A DNA stretch of 64,000 nt from an uncultured Clostridia bacterium (GTDB taxonomy: Bacteria; Bacillota; Clostridia; UMGS1810). Under the pieces are notes generated by a model. It was given only the letters and a program-made list of their open reading frames with translations, searched no databases and was not told the DNA's origin. The DNA lies in NCBI GenBank assembly GCA_934463115.1, contig CAKSIN010000010.1:3239-67238 (forward strand), given 5' to 3'. This document shows, one piece after another, positions 47,860 through 55,694 of the stretch. Positions within the stretch are counted from its first letter, which is position 1; the number at the start of each line of letters is the position of its first letter. A program made the position numbers and the translations under genes.

Positions 47860-47936
47860 GCGCCTATAGCTCAGCAGGATAGAGCGAACGCCTCCTAAGC
47901 GTTAGGCCGGTGGTTCGAATCCACTTAGGCGCGCCA
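47860..47936 (+). tRNA. tRNA-Arg (anticodon CCU)
   Basis: Cloverleaf with acceptor GCGCCTA/TAGGCGC, anticodon loop CTCCTAA, T-loop TTCGAAT and an encoded CCA. Confidence 0.9.
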
Positions 47937-47945
47937 TCACTTTTT

Positions 47946-48021
47946 CGGGGTGTAGCGCAGTTGGTAGCGCACCAGACTGGGGGTCTGGGGGCCGTGGGTT
48001 CAAGTCCCGTCACTCCGACCA
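47946..48021 (+). tRNA. tRNA-Pro (anticodon GGG)
   Basis: Acceptor CGGGGTG/CACTCCG, anticodon stem CCAGA/TCTGG with loop CTGGGGG, T-loop TTCAAGT and an encoded CCA. Confidence 0.9.
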
Positions 48022-48022
48022 T

Positions 48023-48076
48023 ACCGAGTGTTCTTACAGAACTTGAAAGGTTTTGTATGACACTCGGTTTTTTATT
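48023..48076 (+). terminator. Probable terminator after the tRNA genes
   Basis: ACCGAGTG ... CACTCGGT followed by TTTTTTATT. The loop is long (30 nt). Confidence 0.5.
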
Positions 48077-48082
48077 GCCTTT

Positions 48083-48334
48083 TTAACTTGCGCAAGCGGC
48101 AAAATGAACATCTACTCCCTGTCTTGTATGTACCGAAATATTGTTTTCGGGCAGTTTTTCAAGGTCGGGTATTTCGATATTGCCTATGCAATTATAGTGA
48201 ATTGTGAGCTGTTGAACGGTTTTACCGTCAATCTTTTCGGACTGATGTACTTCAATTTTTTCAATCAATTCGTTTAACATTCTCGGAGTAAGTTTTCTTG
48301 CTCTGGTATATTTACGGACAGAAGCCATAAACAT
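48083..48334 (-). pseudogene. C-terminal remnant of a large serine recombinase (DUF4368-type tail)
   Basis: The ~80 aa tail LTPRMLNELIEKIEVHQSEKIDGKTVQQLTIHYNCIGNIEIP...VHTRQGVDV matches remembered TndX/TnpX-like recombinases. The resolvase domain and the rest of the protein are absent. Confidence 0.6.
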
Positions 48335-48361
48335 ATCAGCCGTTACAGCTTTGCTTTTTTC

Positions 48362-48496
48362 GGTGTTCAGTATGCATCCGCAGGTTACCGCGAAGCATTA
48401 GCAGAGTACAATATTACACAAAATATGTCAAGAAAGGGTGAGCCGTATGATAATGATGCCGAGGACTATTATGATGAATACGGCGGAGAATATTAA
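48362..48496 (+). pseudogene. Fragment of an IS3-family (rve/DDE) transposase
   Basis: Translates as GVQYASAGYREALAEYNITQNMSRKGEPYDNDAEDYY, which is the conserved ...QSMSRKGNxYDNAxxE... block. No start codon and no remainder of the gene. Confidence 0.6.
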
Positions 48497-48529
48497 CTTG
48501 ATAATAAAAATAATTTTAACATCCGACAC

Positions 48530-48582
48530 TTGACAAACACAAAAATTTGATTTACAATATAGTTAGTTTCAAATAACTAATT
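48530..48582 (+). promoter_or_regulatory. Promoter plus palindromic operator upstream of the HMA-domain gene
   Basis: TTGACA (48530-48535), 17-nt spacer, TACAAT (48553-48558). The operator is TTAGTT-N6-AACTAA (48563-48580). Confidence 0.5.
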
Positions 48583-48596
48583 GCGAGGTGTTTTAT

Positions 48597-48962
48597 ATGA
48601 ACGTTTCAACGGTAATTATATGTGCTGTTTTAGTCGCATTGTGCATATGCGCAGTAATCAGCTACTCCAAAAAGCTAAAGGGCGGATGCTGCGGAGGCGG
48701 GGGCGGCGAGATTAAAGTTAAGCCTGCTGCGGATTCGCGCGGATATGCAAATCGCGCAACGGTGTACATCGACGGTATGACGTGCTCGCATTGCAAGCTG
48801 CATGTGGAAAACGCGTTTAATTCCGAGGACGGTTTCTGCGCTGTTGTTGACCTCAAATCAAAATGTGCGCATGTACGTGCAAAGGAAACGATAAATGATG
48901 CCGATATGAGAAAAATTGTCGAAAAATCGGGATATTCATATGTAAAAACTGTGCATGAATGA
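48597..48962 (+). CDS. Membrane-anchored Cys-rich / heavy-metal-associated (HMA) domain protein
   Basis: ATG 48597 follows GAGGTG. One TM segment, then KGGCCGGGGGE, then an HMA fold with GMTCSHC. Confidence 0.75.
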   Translation: MNVSTVIICAVLVALCICAVISYSKKLKGGCCGGGGGEIKVKPAADSRGYANRATVYIDGMTCSHCKLHVENAFNSEDGFCAVVDLKSKCAHVRAKETINDADMRKIVEKSGYSYVKTVHE

Positions 48963-48975
48963 TACAAGAAAACTA

Positions 48976-49022
48976 TTGACATAATCGATTAGTTGTGCTA
49001 AACTAACTGTTGAAGGTTAGTT
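48976..49022 (+). promoter_or_regulatory. feo operon promoter overlapped by the same operator motif
   Basis: TTGACA (48976-48981), 17-nt spacer, TAAACT (48999-49004). TTAGTT-N6-AACTAA lies at 48989-49006, with a further arm AACTAAC-N8-GTTAGTT at 49001-49022. Confidence 0.5.
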
Positions 49023-49026
49023 ATAC

Positions 49027-49317
49027 ATGACTAACGAAGTAATACACATTGATTGGCAGCCGCACCCGTGTGATGCGGCGGAACCGGTCGGAACGGGGGT
49101 TAATATGATGCCGCTTAGTCTTGCCGCAGTAGGCGAAAACAATATTATCAAGAAAATCGGCGGAAAGCCGGAAGTACGCAAACATCTTGAGAATCTGGGG
49201 TTTGTTGTCGGCGGAAATGTGCAGGTTGTCAGCGCACTCGGCGGAAACGTCATTGTAAATGTTAAAGAAGCACGCGTTGCCATCAGTGAAGAAATGGCTC
49301 TCAAGATTATGGTGTGA
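49027..49317 (+). CDS. feoA: FeoA family protein
   Basis: The FeoA SH3-like domain starts at MMPLSLAAVGE (ATG 49105). The 26-aa N-terminal extension from ATG 49027 may not be translated. Confidence 0.8.
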   Translation: MTNEVIHIDWQPHPCDAAEPVGTGVNMMPLSLAAVGENNIIKKIGGKPEVRKHLENLGFVVGGNVQVVSALGGNVIVNVKEARVAISEEMALKIMV

Positions 49318-49344
49318 AATTTTTAAATTCAAGGAGGATACATA

Positions 49345-49566
49345 ATGAACACGTTAAAGCAGTCAAAAATCGGGGATAACGTTACCGTGATTAAACTGCA
49401 CGGTGAAGGTGCCGTTAAGCGCAGACTCATGGATATGGGTATTACAAAAGGTACGCAGATTCATGTGCGCAAGGTTGCACCGCTCGGAGATCCGATAGAG
49501 GTTACCGTGCGCGGCTATGAGCTTTCGCTCAGAAAAGCCGATGCAGAAATGATTGAAGTTCAGTAG
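49345..49566 (+). CDS. feoA: FeoA family protein (second copy)
   Basis: 73 aa (LKQSKIGDNVTVIKLHGEGAVKRRLMDMGITKG). Confidence 0.85.
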   Translation: MNTLKQSKIGDNVTVIKLHGEGAVKRRLMDMGITKGTQIHVRKVAPLGDPIEVTVRGYELSLRKADAEMIEVQ

Positions 49567-49604
49567 TAGTTTAAAAGAATCAAATTTTGTCAGGGGGAAT
49601 GGAC

Positions 49605-52094
49605 ATGAACATTAAGATCGCCCTTGCGGGTAATCCAAACTGTGGAAAGACAACGTTGTTTAATGCTCTCACAGGTTCCAATCAATTTGTCGGAAACTGG
49701 CCGGGAGTTACTGTAGAAAAAAAGGAAGGAAAGCTTAAAAAACACGACGGAGTGGTTATTACCGACCTTCCGGGTATATATTCTCTTTCTCCGTACACAC
49801 TTGAAGAAGTCGTTGCAAGAAATTATCTTGTAGATGAAAGACCGGACGCAGTGCTTAACATTGTCGACGGTACAAACCTCGAGAGAAACTTGTATCTTAC
49901 AACACAGCTTACAGAGCTTGGTATTCCGGTTGTAATTGCTATCAACATGATGGACGTTGTGCGCAAAAACGGTGATAAGATTAACATTGCCGAACTTTCG
50001 CGCGAACTCGGCTGCAAAATAGTCGAAATATCGGCACTCAAAGGCGACGGCGTTATGGAAGCAGCCGAGGCTGCAATCAAGGCTGCCGAATCGGGCAAAA
50101 CACTTCCGATGCATACATTCAGCGGAGCTGTTGAGCATGCAATTGCTCACATTGAAGAAGCTGTATTGCATGAAATGAGCGAAGAAAAGCAGAGATGGTA
50201 CGCAATAAAGATTTTTGAGCGTGACGAAAAGATTATTTCAAAGCTCGGAATTTCAGAAAACGTCCTCAGTCATATAGAAACAGATATTAAGGCTGCCGAA
50301 GATGAACTTGATGATGATGCCGAGAGCATTATCACCAACGAGAGGTACATATATATCGCTCAAATCATCAAGGGCTGCTACAAAAAGAAAAATGCCGGCA
50401 AACTGTCGACATCGGATAAGATAGATAAAGTTGTTACAAACCGCTGGCTCGGATTGCCGATATTCGCTGTTATAATGTTTTTGGTTTACTATATTTCAAT
50501 GGTAACCGTCGGCTCTATGGCAACGGATTGGGCAAATGACGGACTGTTCGGCGACGGATATCATTTGTTCGGAATCGGTTCTGCCGAGTACGGCGATGTT
50601 GCCGACGAATACGGCGAAGCCGCTCAGGTTGTAAACGGATATATAGAATATGCATCCGAAAACGGAGTTGATACCGATGATGTCAGTGCAGCACTCGACG
50701 CCGAGTCGGAAGACTTTAATGTAACTGCTGCTAAGGATGCATTGGATAAATTTGTTAAAGAAGTATCGGATATAAACAAGGCAACATATACCGTTGTTGA
50801 TGAAGAAACAATGGCAGATGAAGAAGTTACATCCACATACAAGGATTTGGTTGCCGCAGCAAAGACATATGAAGATTATGATTGCACAGATCCTGATCCG
50901 GCTGAGTACGGAATATGGGTTCCCGGTATCCCGGTTCTTGTATCCGATGCACTTGATAAAGCAAATTGTGCCGATTGGCTCGCAGGACTCATTAACGACG
51001 GTATAGTAGCCGGTGTCGGTGCTGTCCTCGGATTTGTTCCGCAGATGCTCGTATTGTTCCTGCTCCTCGCATTCCTCGAGGCTTGCGGTTACATGGCACG
51101 TATTGCATTCGTACTCGACAGAGTATTCAGAAAATTCGGTCTTTCGGGTAAATCTTTCATTCCGATGCTTATCGGAACAGGATGCGGTGTTCCCGGAATC
51201 ATGGCATCACGTACGATAGAGAATGACCGCGACCGCAAAATGACAATCATGACAACAACATTTATTCCCTGCGGTGCAAAGGTTCCCTTTATAGCAATGA
51301 TTGCCGGCGCAATATTCGGCGGTTCGGCATGGGTTGCAACTTCGGCATATTTCGTAGGAATGGCAGCTATCGTTGTATCGGGCATTATGCTCAAGAAAAC
51401 AAAAATGTTTGCGGGCGATCCGGCACCGTTCGTTATGGAGCTCCCGGCATATCACATGCCTACACTTCTCAACGTTTTGCGCAGCATGTGGGAGCGCGGA
51501 TGGTCGTTTATCAAAAAAGCCGGAACGATTATTCTTCTTTCAACCATACTCGTTTGGTTTACAAGCTACTTTGGTTTTGTAGACGGCAAGTTCATGATGC
51601 TTGAAGAAGATCAGCTCAATATGAGTATTCTTGCCACAATAGGCGGAGCAATTGCATGGATATTCAAACCCCTCGGCTGGGGCGAATGGCAGGCAGCGGT
51701 TGCGTCGATTACAGGCCTTGTTGCAAAGGAAAACATCGTTGGTACAATGGGTATTTTGTACGGCGGCGGTGACGGAAGTGTTTATGCAAATCTTGCAAAC
51801 ACATTTACGGCGGTTACAGGATATTCGTTCCTTGTATTCAACCTTCTCTGCGCACCTTGCTTTGCAGCTATCGGCGCTATCAAGCGTGAAATGAACAATG
51901 CAAAATGGACATGGTTTGCAATTGGTTATCAGTGCGGATTTGCATATGTTATTTCGCTTATTATCAACCAGCTCGGAAATGCGTTTACGGGCAATATGAA
52001 CGTTGTAGGTGTGGTTGTTGCAGTAGCGCTTATTGCCGCAATGGTATACATGCTGTTCAAGCCGTATAAAGAGGCAGACACACTTAAAATGTAA
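49605..52094 (+). CDS. feoB: Ferrous iron transporter FeoB, with a large acidic loop insertion
   Basis: G-domain motifs GNPNCGKTTLFN, DLPG and NMMD, followed by a polytopic permease. Start chosen at ATG 49605 behind AGGGGGA. Confidence 0.9.
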   Translation: MNIKIALAGNPNCGKTTLFNALTGSNQFVGNWPGVTVEKKEGKLKKHDGVVITDLPGIYSLSPYTLEEVVARNYLVDERPDAVLNIVDGTNLERNLYLTTQLTELGIPVVIAINMMDVVRKNGDKINIAELSRELGCKIVEISALKGDGVMEAAEAAIKAAESGKTLPMHTFSGAVEHAIAHIEEAVLHEMSEEKQRWYAIKIFERDEKIISKLGISENVLSHIETDIKAAEDELDDDAESIITNERYIYIAQIIKGCYKKKNAGKLSTSDKIDKVVTNRWLGLPIFAVIMFLVYYISMVTVGSMATDWANDGLFGDGYHLFGIGSAEYGDVADEYGEAAQVVNGYIEYASENGVDTDDVSAALDAESEDFNVTAAKDALDKFVKEVSDINKATYTVVDEETMADEEVTSTYKDLVAAAKTYEDYDCTDPDPAEYGIWVPGIPVLVSDALDKANCADWLAGLINDGIVAGVGAVLGFVPQMLVLFLLLAFLEACGYMARIAFVLDRVFRKFGLSGKSFIPMLIGTGCGVPGIMASRTIENDRDRKMTIMTTTFIPCGAKVPFIAMIAGAIFGGSAWVATSAYFVGMAAIVVSGIMLKKTKMFAGDPAPFVMELPAYHMPTLLNVLRSMWERGWSFIKKAGTIILLSTILVWFTSYFGFVDGKFMMLEEDQLNMSILATIGGAIAWIFKPLGWGEWQAAVASITGLVAKENIVGTMGILYGGGDGSVYANLANTFTAVTGYSFLVFNLLCAPCFAAIGAIKREMNNAKWTWFAIGYQCGFAYVISLIINQLGNAFTGNMNVVGVVVAVALIAAMVYMLFKPYKEADTLKM

Positions 52095-52132
52095 TGTAAA
52101 ATGTGAATATAATACACGGGAGGACTTGTGCT

Positions 52133-52309
52133 ATGATGACATGGATTTTGAGTAATATCGGAACAATTGTTGTATCTGCAATACTTGTGGCTGTTGTGTT
52201 GATAATAGTGAATTATCTTCGCAGAAACAAGGCGGCGGGCAAGTCCTCTTGTGGATGCAACTGTGCCGGATGTGCCATGCGCGGCAATTGTCACGGCGAA
52301 AAAAAGTAA
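52133..52309 (+). CDS. FeoB-associated Cys-rich membrane protein
   Basis: ATG 52133 follows GGGAGGA. One TM segment followed by SSCGCNCAGCAMRGNCHG. Confidence 0.75.
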   Translation: MMTWILSNIGTIVVSAILVAVVLIIVNYLRRNKAAGKSSCGCNCAGCAMRGNCHGEKK

Positions 52310-52331
52310 TTTAAAAAAGGATATGATTTAT

Positions 52332-52571
52332 ATGAAATTTGTTGATTTTTTGAAGAATGATAAAGTTTTGTTTTTTGCCGGCGGTTTGCTGACTGCGGCA
52401 TACGGCAAAAAAGTTCTGACGAGCGATAAAACCCGCAAGGCCTGCGTAACGGGACTTGCAAAATGCATGCAGTTGCAGAATGAAGCGAAAGAAAGCTTCA
52501 AGAATATGAAAGAGGAAGCCGAAGATATATGCTATGATGCTAAATCGGAAGCTAATCTTCAGGATAAATAA
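52332..52571 (+). CDS. Hypothetical small protein preceding the P-type ATPase
   Basis: 79 aa with a short hydrophobic segment and then a charged helix. No family recognised. The start is uncertain (52323 or 52332). Confidence 0.45.
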   Translation: MKFVDFLKNDKVLFFAGGLLTAAYGKKVLTSDKTRKACVTGLAKCMQLQNEAKESFKNMKEEAEDICYDAKSEANLQDK

Positions 52572-52583
52572 GTAAAATCAATG

Positions 52584-52622
52584 ATACGTGACTCGAACCT
52601 GCATTTGGATTGAGTCACGTAT
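52584..52622 (+). other. Stable hairpin between the small ORF and the ATPase gene (possible weak terminator or processing site)
   Basis: 11-bp stem ATACGTGACTC/GAGTCACGTAT with a 17-nt loop and no clear T-tract. Confidence 0.4.
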
Positions 52623-52654
52623 GTCTGTTCATTGACATAGGAGGCATGTAAATT

Positions 52655-54736
52655 ATGAAATATGAAATTATTTACGACAAGCCCGGCAGAATCCGTCTGC
52701 GTGCCGGCCGCGGAGCATTTTCGAAAAAAACGGAGACAAGCTTGGCAGAACACCTTTTCGGAATACAGGGTGTAAAAAGTGCCGAGGTTTCGGCAGTAAA
52801 CGGAGGTATGCTTGTTTGCTACACCGGTGATTGCCGCTCCGATATTCTCTTCACTGTGTCTGAACTGAATGCCTCAACACTCAAAGAACAGGAATTGTCT
52901 CCGGCGCGGATTATTGACGAGGAGTTCAAAGACGATTTGATTTCTCTTATAAAAAAGAGAGTTTTAATGAGAATATTTGTTCCGAATTTTTTGAGTTTAC
53001 CGCTGACGGTGTTTCGCGCAGTGCCTTTTGTAAAAAAAGGTTTAAGCAGCCTTATGAATGGTAATCTGAGCGTGGATGTTCTCGATGCGGTGTCAATTTC
53101 TGCATCAATACTTACCGGTTCACCGTCCACCGCGTCGTCTGTAATGACTCTCCTGGGAGTATCGTCACTTTTGGAAAATTACACGCGGAAAAAGACAAGC
53201 ACAGCCCTGTCGGACAGCCTTGCACTGAATATCGAAAAGGTTTGGCGTATAGGAGAAAACGGGGAGGAATGTATTCCGCTTGCTGAGGTGAAGGACGGCG
53301 ATGTGCTGCGTGTACGCAGCGGAAGCATGATACCGGCAGACGGTGTTGTAGTATCGGGAAATGCCGGTGTAAACGAAGCGTCAATGACCGGAGAATCATT
53401 TTTACAGTTAAAATCCGACGGCATGACTGTGTATGCCGGAACAGTGGTTGAAGAAGGATGCATTGATATCCGTTCCTCCGGATGTGCCGATGACAGCAGA
53501 ATACGCGGTATCGTCGAAATGATAGAAAGCTCCGAACAGCTGAAATCCGGAACACAGACACGCGCCGAGAGCTTTGCCGACGCGCTTGTGCCGTTCAGCC
53601 TTTTGGGGTGTGCGGTTACATATCTGTTAACGCGAAATGTGACAAAAGCCATGTCGGTTCTCATGGTCGATTATTCGTGCGCCGTTAAGCTGTCAACACC
53701 GATTTGCGTTATTTCGGCAATGCGCGAGGCAACCAATTATGATATAATGGTAAAAGGCGGCCGCTTCCTTGAAAATTATGCTTTTGCCGATACGATTGTT
53801 TTTGATAAAACCGGTACGCTCACAGTGTCGTGCCCGAATCTTGCAAAAATTGTAACGTTCGGCGAATACGGAGAAGACGATATATTGCGCATAGCTGCAT
53901 GCCTTGAGGAACATTTTCCGCACAGCGTGGCAAAGGCGATAGTTCACGCTGCCGAGGTCAAAGGACTGGAACACCGCGAGGAACACGCGGAAGTCGAGTA
54001 TATTGTGGCGCACGGAATATCGTCGGTTTTAAACGGCAAAAGAGCGCTGATAGGCAGCGCGCATTTTATTTTTGATGATGAAAAAATCCCCCTCGGCGAC
54101 GAGCAGAAAAAGGATATAGAACGCCTCGGCGAAAGGTATTCCATGGTCTACCTTGCAATAGGCGGAAGCCTGTGCGGCATCTTGTGTATTGAGGATCCTG
54201 TGCGTCCGGATGCTGCGGATACAATCGATAAACTCCGAAACAAAGGATTCAGCGATATCCTTATGATAACCGGCGACGGCGAGAGCACGGCAATGAGCGT
54301 GTGTAAAGAACTCGGTATAGGCAGATTCTATGCGCGTGTTCTCCCGGAGGATAAGCTGAATATAGTAAATGATATCAAATCCGGCGGACACAAAGTTGTT
54401 ATGGTCGGCGACGGAATAAACGATTCTCCGGCGCTTGCGGCCGCCGATGTGTCTGTTGCCATGAGGGACGCGTCGGATATTGCCCGCGAAACGGCGGATA
54501 TCACGCTTCTGTCGTCCGATTTGGAAAGACTTGTTGTGCTGCGCGAACTGAGCAAAAAGCTTTTCGACAGGATTCATGCCAATTATCGGTTTATAACGCT
54601 TTTCAACAGTGCGCTGCTCGCACTCGGAATCGGCGGGATAATATCTCCGGTGACAGGTGCGCTTTTGCACAATCTGTCCACGACATGCGTGTGCATAAAC
54701 GGAATGAAACCGTTCCTCGGCGAGGGTGATTTGTAA
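52655..54736 (+). CDS. Heavy-metal-type (P1B) P-type ATPase with an SCA transmembrane motif and a Cys-less N-terminal HMA-like domain
   Basis: Contains TGES, DKTGTLT and GDGINDSPAL. The TM metal motif reads YSCAVKLSTP where CPC is usual. 693 aa. Confidence 0.85.
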   Translation: MKYEIIYDKPGRIRLRAGRGAFSKKTETSLAEHLFGIQGVKSAEVSAVNGGMLVCYTGDCRSDILFTVSELNASTLKEQELSPARIIDEEFKDDLISLIKKRVLMRIFVPNFLSLPLTVFRAVPFVKKGLSSLMNGNLSVDVLDAVSISASILTGSPSTASSVMTLLGVSSLLENYTRKKTSTALSDSLALNIEKVWRIGENGEECIPLAEVKDGDVLRVRSGSMIPADGVVVSGNAGVNEASMTGESFLQLKSDGMTVYAGTVVEEGCIDIRSSGCADDSRIRGIVEMIESSEQLKSGTQTRAESFADALVPFSLLGCAVTYLLTRNVTKAMSVLMVDYSCAVKLSTPICVISAMREATNYDIMVKGGRFLENYAFADTIVFDKTGTLTVSCPNLAKIVTFGEYGEDDILRIAACLEEHFPHSVAKAIVHAAEVKGLEHREEHAEVEYIVAHGISSVLNGKRALIGSAHFIFDDEKIPLGDEQKKDIERLGERYSMVYLAIGGSLCGILCIEDPVRPDAADTIDKLRNKGFSDILMITGDGESTAMSVCKELGIGRFYARVLPEDKLNIVNDIKSGGHKVVMVGDGINDSPALAAADVSVAMRDASDIARETADITLLSSDLERLVVLRELSKKLFDRIHANYRFITLFNSALLALGIGGIISPVTGALLHNLSTTCVCINGMKPFLGEGDL

Positions 54737-54848
54737 ACATATTGATAACAAACGGTGTACTCTATTGCAAAAAAATTTTGGTTGTGCTACAATCCAATTG
54801 CAGGCAAAAGTAATTTATGTGTGTTGCCTGACAAAAGGAGTGTAGCAA

Positions 54849-55523
54849 ATGGAAAGAGAGTTACAAAAGACGATACCGAACCAGCTAATGGTTACAACAA
54901 TACAGAACCCCGAGTTCGAAAAGACATTTAATAATTTTCAGGAAATAATGATGATGTACAATTGTGCAGTCCGTGAGGTAAAAACCAAATTTGAGGTTCT
55001 CAATGACGAACTTGCGGTAAATAACAACCGAAATCCGATAGAGGTTATTAAATCACGGCTGAAAAAACCGCAGAGCATTTATCAGAAACTTATGCGTAAA
55101 GGTTTGCCCGTGAGCACGGAATCAATGTTCGAAAACCTTAACGATGTTGCCGGAATACGCGTTGTGTGCACATTTGTGGACGATATATACGAAATCGCCC
55201 GAATGCTTGCGCGCCAGGATGATATCACCGTTGTTGAGGTTAAGGACTATATAAAGAATCCGAAAGAAAACGGATATCGGAGTTACCACATGATAGTTGA
55301 GGTTCCGGTTTTCTTTTCGAAACGCAAGATGAATATGAAAGTTGAGGTTCAGCTGCGTACAATAGCAATGGATTTTTGGGCGAGCCTGGAGCATACCATG
55401 AAGTATAAAAAGGACATTCAGAATTCCGAAATAATATCGGATGAACTTAAGCATTGTGCCGATCTGATAGCGGAAACAGACCTCAAAATGCAGGCAATTA
55501 ACAATAAAATTCAAAGAAACTGA
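54849..55523 (+). CDS. Small alarmone synthetase (RelP/RelQ-type GTP pyrophosphokinase)
   Basis: 224 aa with RelA/SpoT synthetase motifs (DVAGIRVVCTF, GYRSYHMIV, EVQLRTIAMDFWASLEH). Confidence 0.85.
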   Translation: MERELQKTIPNQLMVTTIQNPEFEKTFNNFQEIMMMYNCAVREVKTKFEVLNDELAVNNNRNPIEVIKSRLKKPQSIYQKLMRKGLPVSTESMFENLNDVAGIRVVCTFVDDIYEIARMLARQDDITVVEVKDYIKNPKENGYRSYHMIVEVPVFFSKRKMNMKVEVQLRTIAMDFWASLEHTMKYKKDIQNSEIISDELKHCADLIAETDLKMQAINNKIQRN

Positions 55524-55624
55524 TAAATTATTGTGATACAATTGATGAGTGTCAAACTCCCGGGAAGAATGTGAATAAAAACAATAAACTTTTGAGTAAA
55601 AATCACAGAAATGTAATTTTTATC

Positions 55625-55652
55625 TTGACTTTTGGCAAAAAACATTTATAAT
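55625..55652 (+). promoter_or_regulatory. Sigma-A-like promoter of the SCIFF locus
   Basis: TTGACT (55625-55630), 16-nt spacer, TATAAT (55647-55652). Confidence 0.55.
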
Positions 55653-55694
55653 GTATAATATATGCGTATTTTATTTAAAGGAGAATATAAGATT

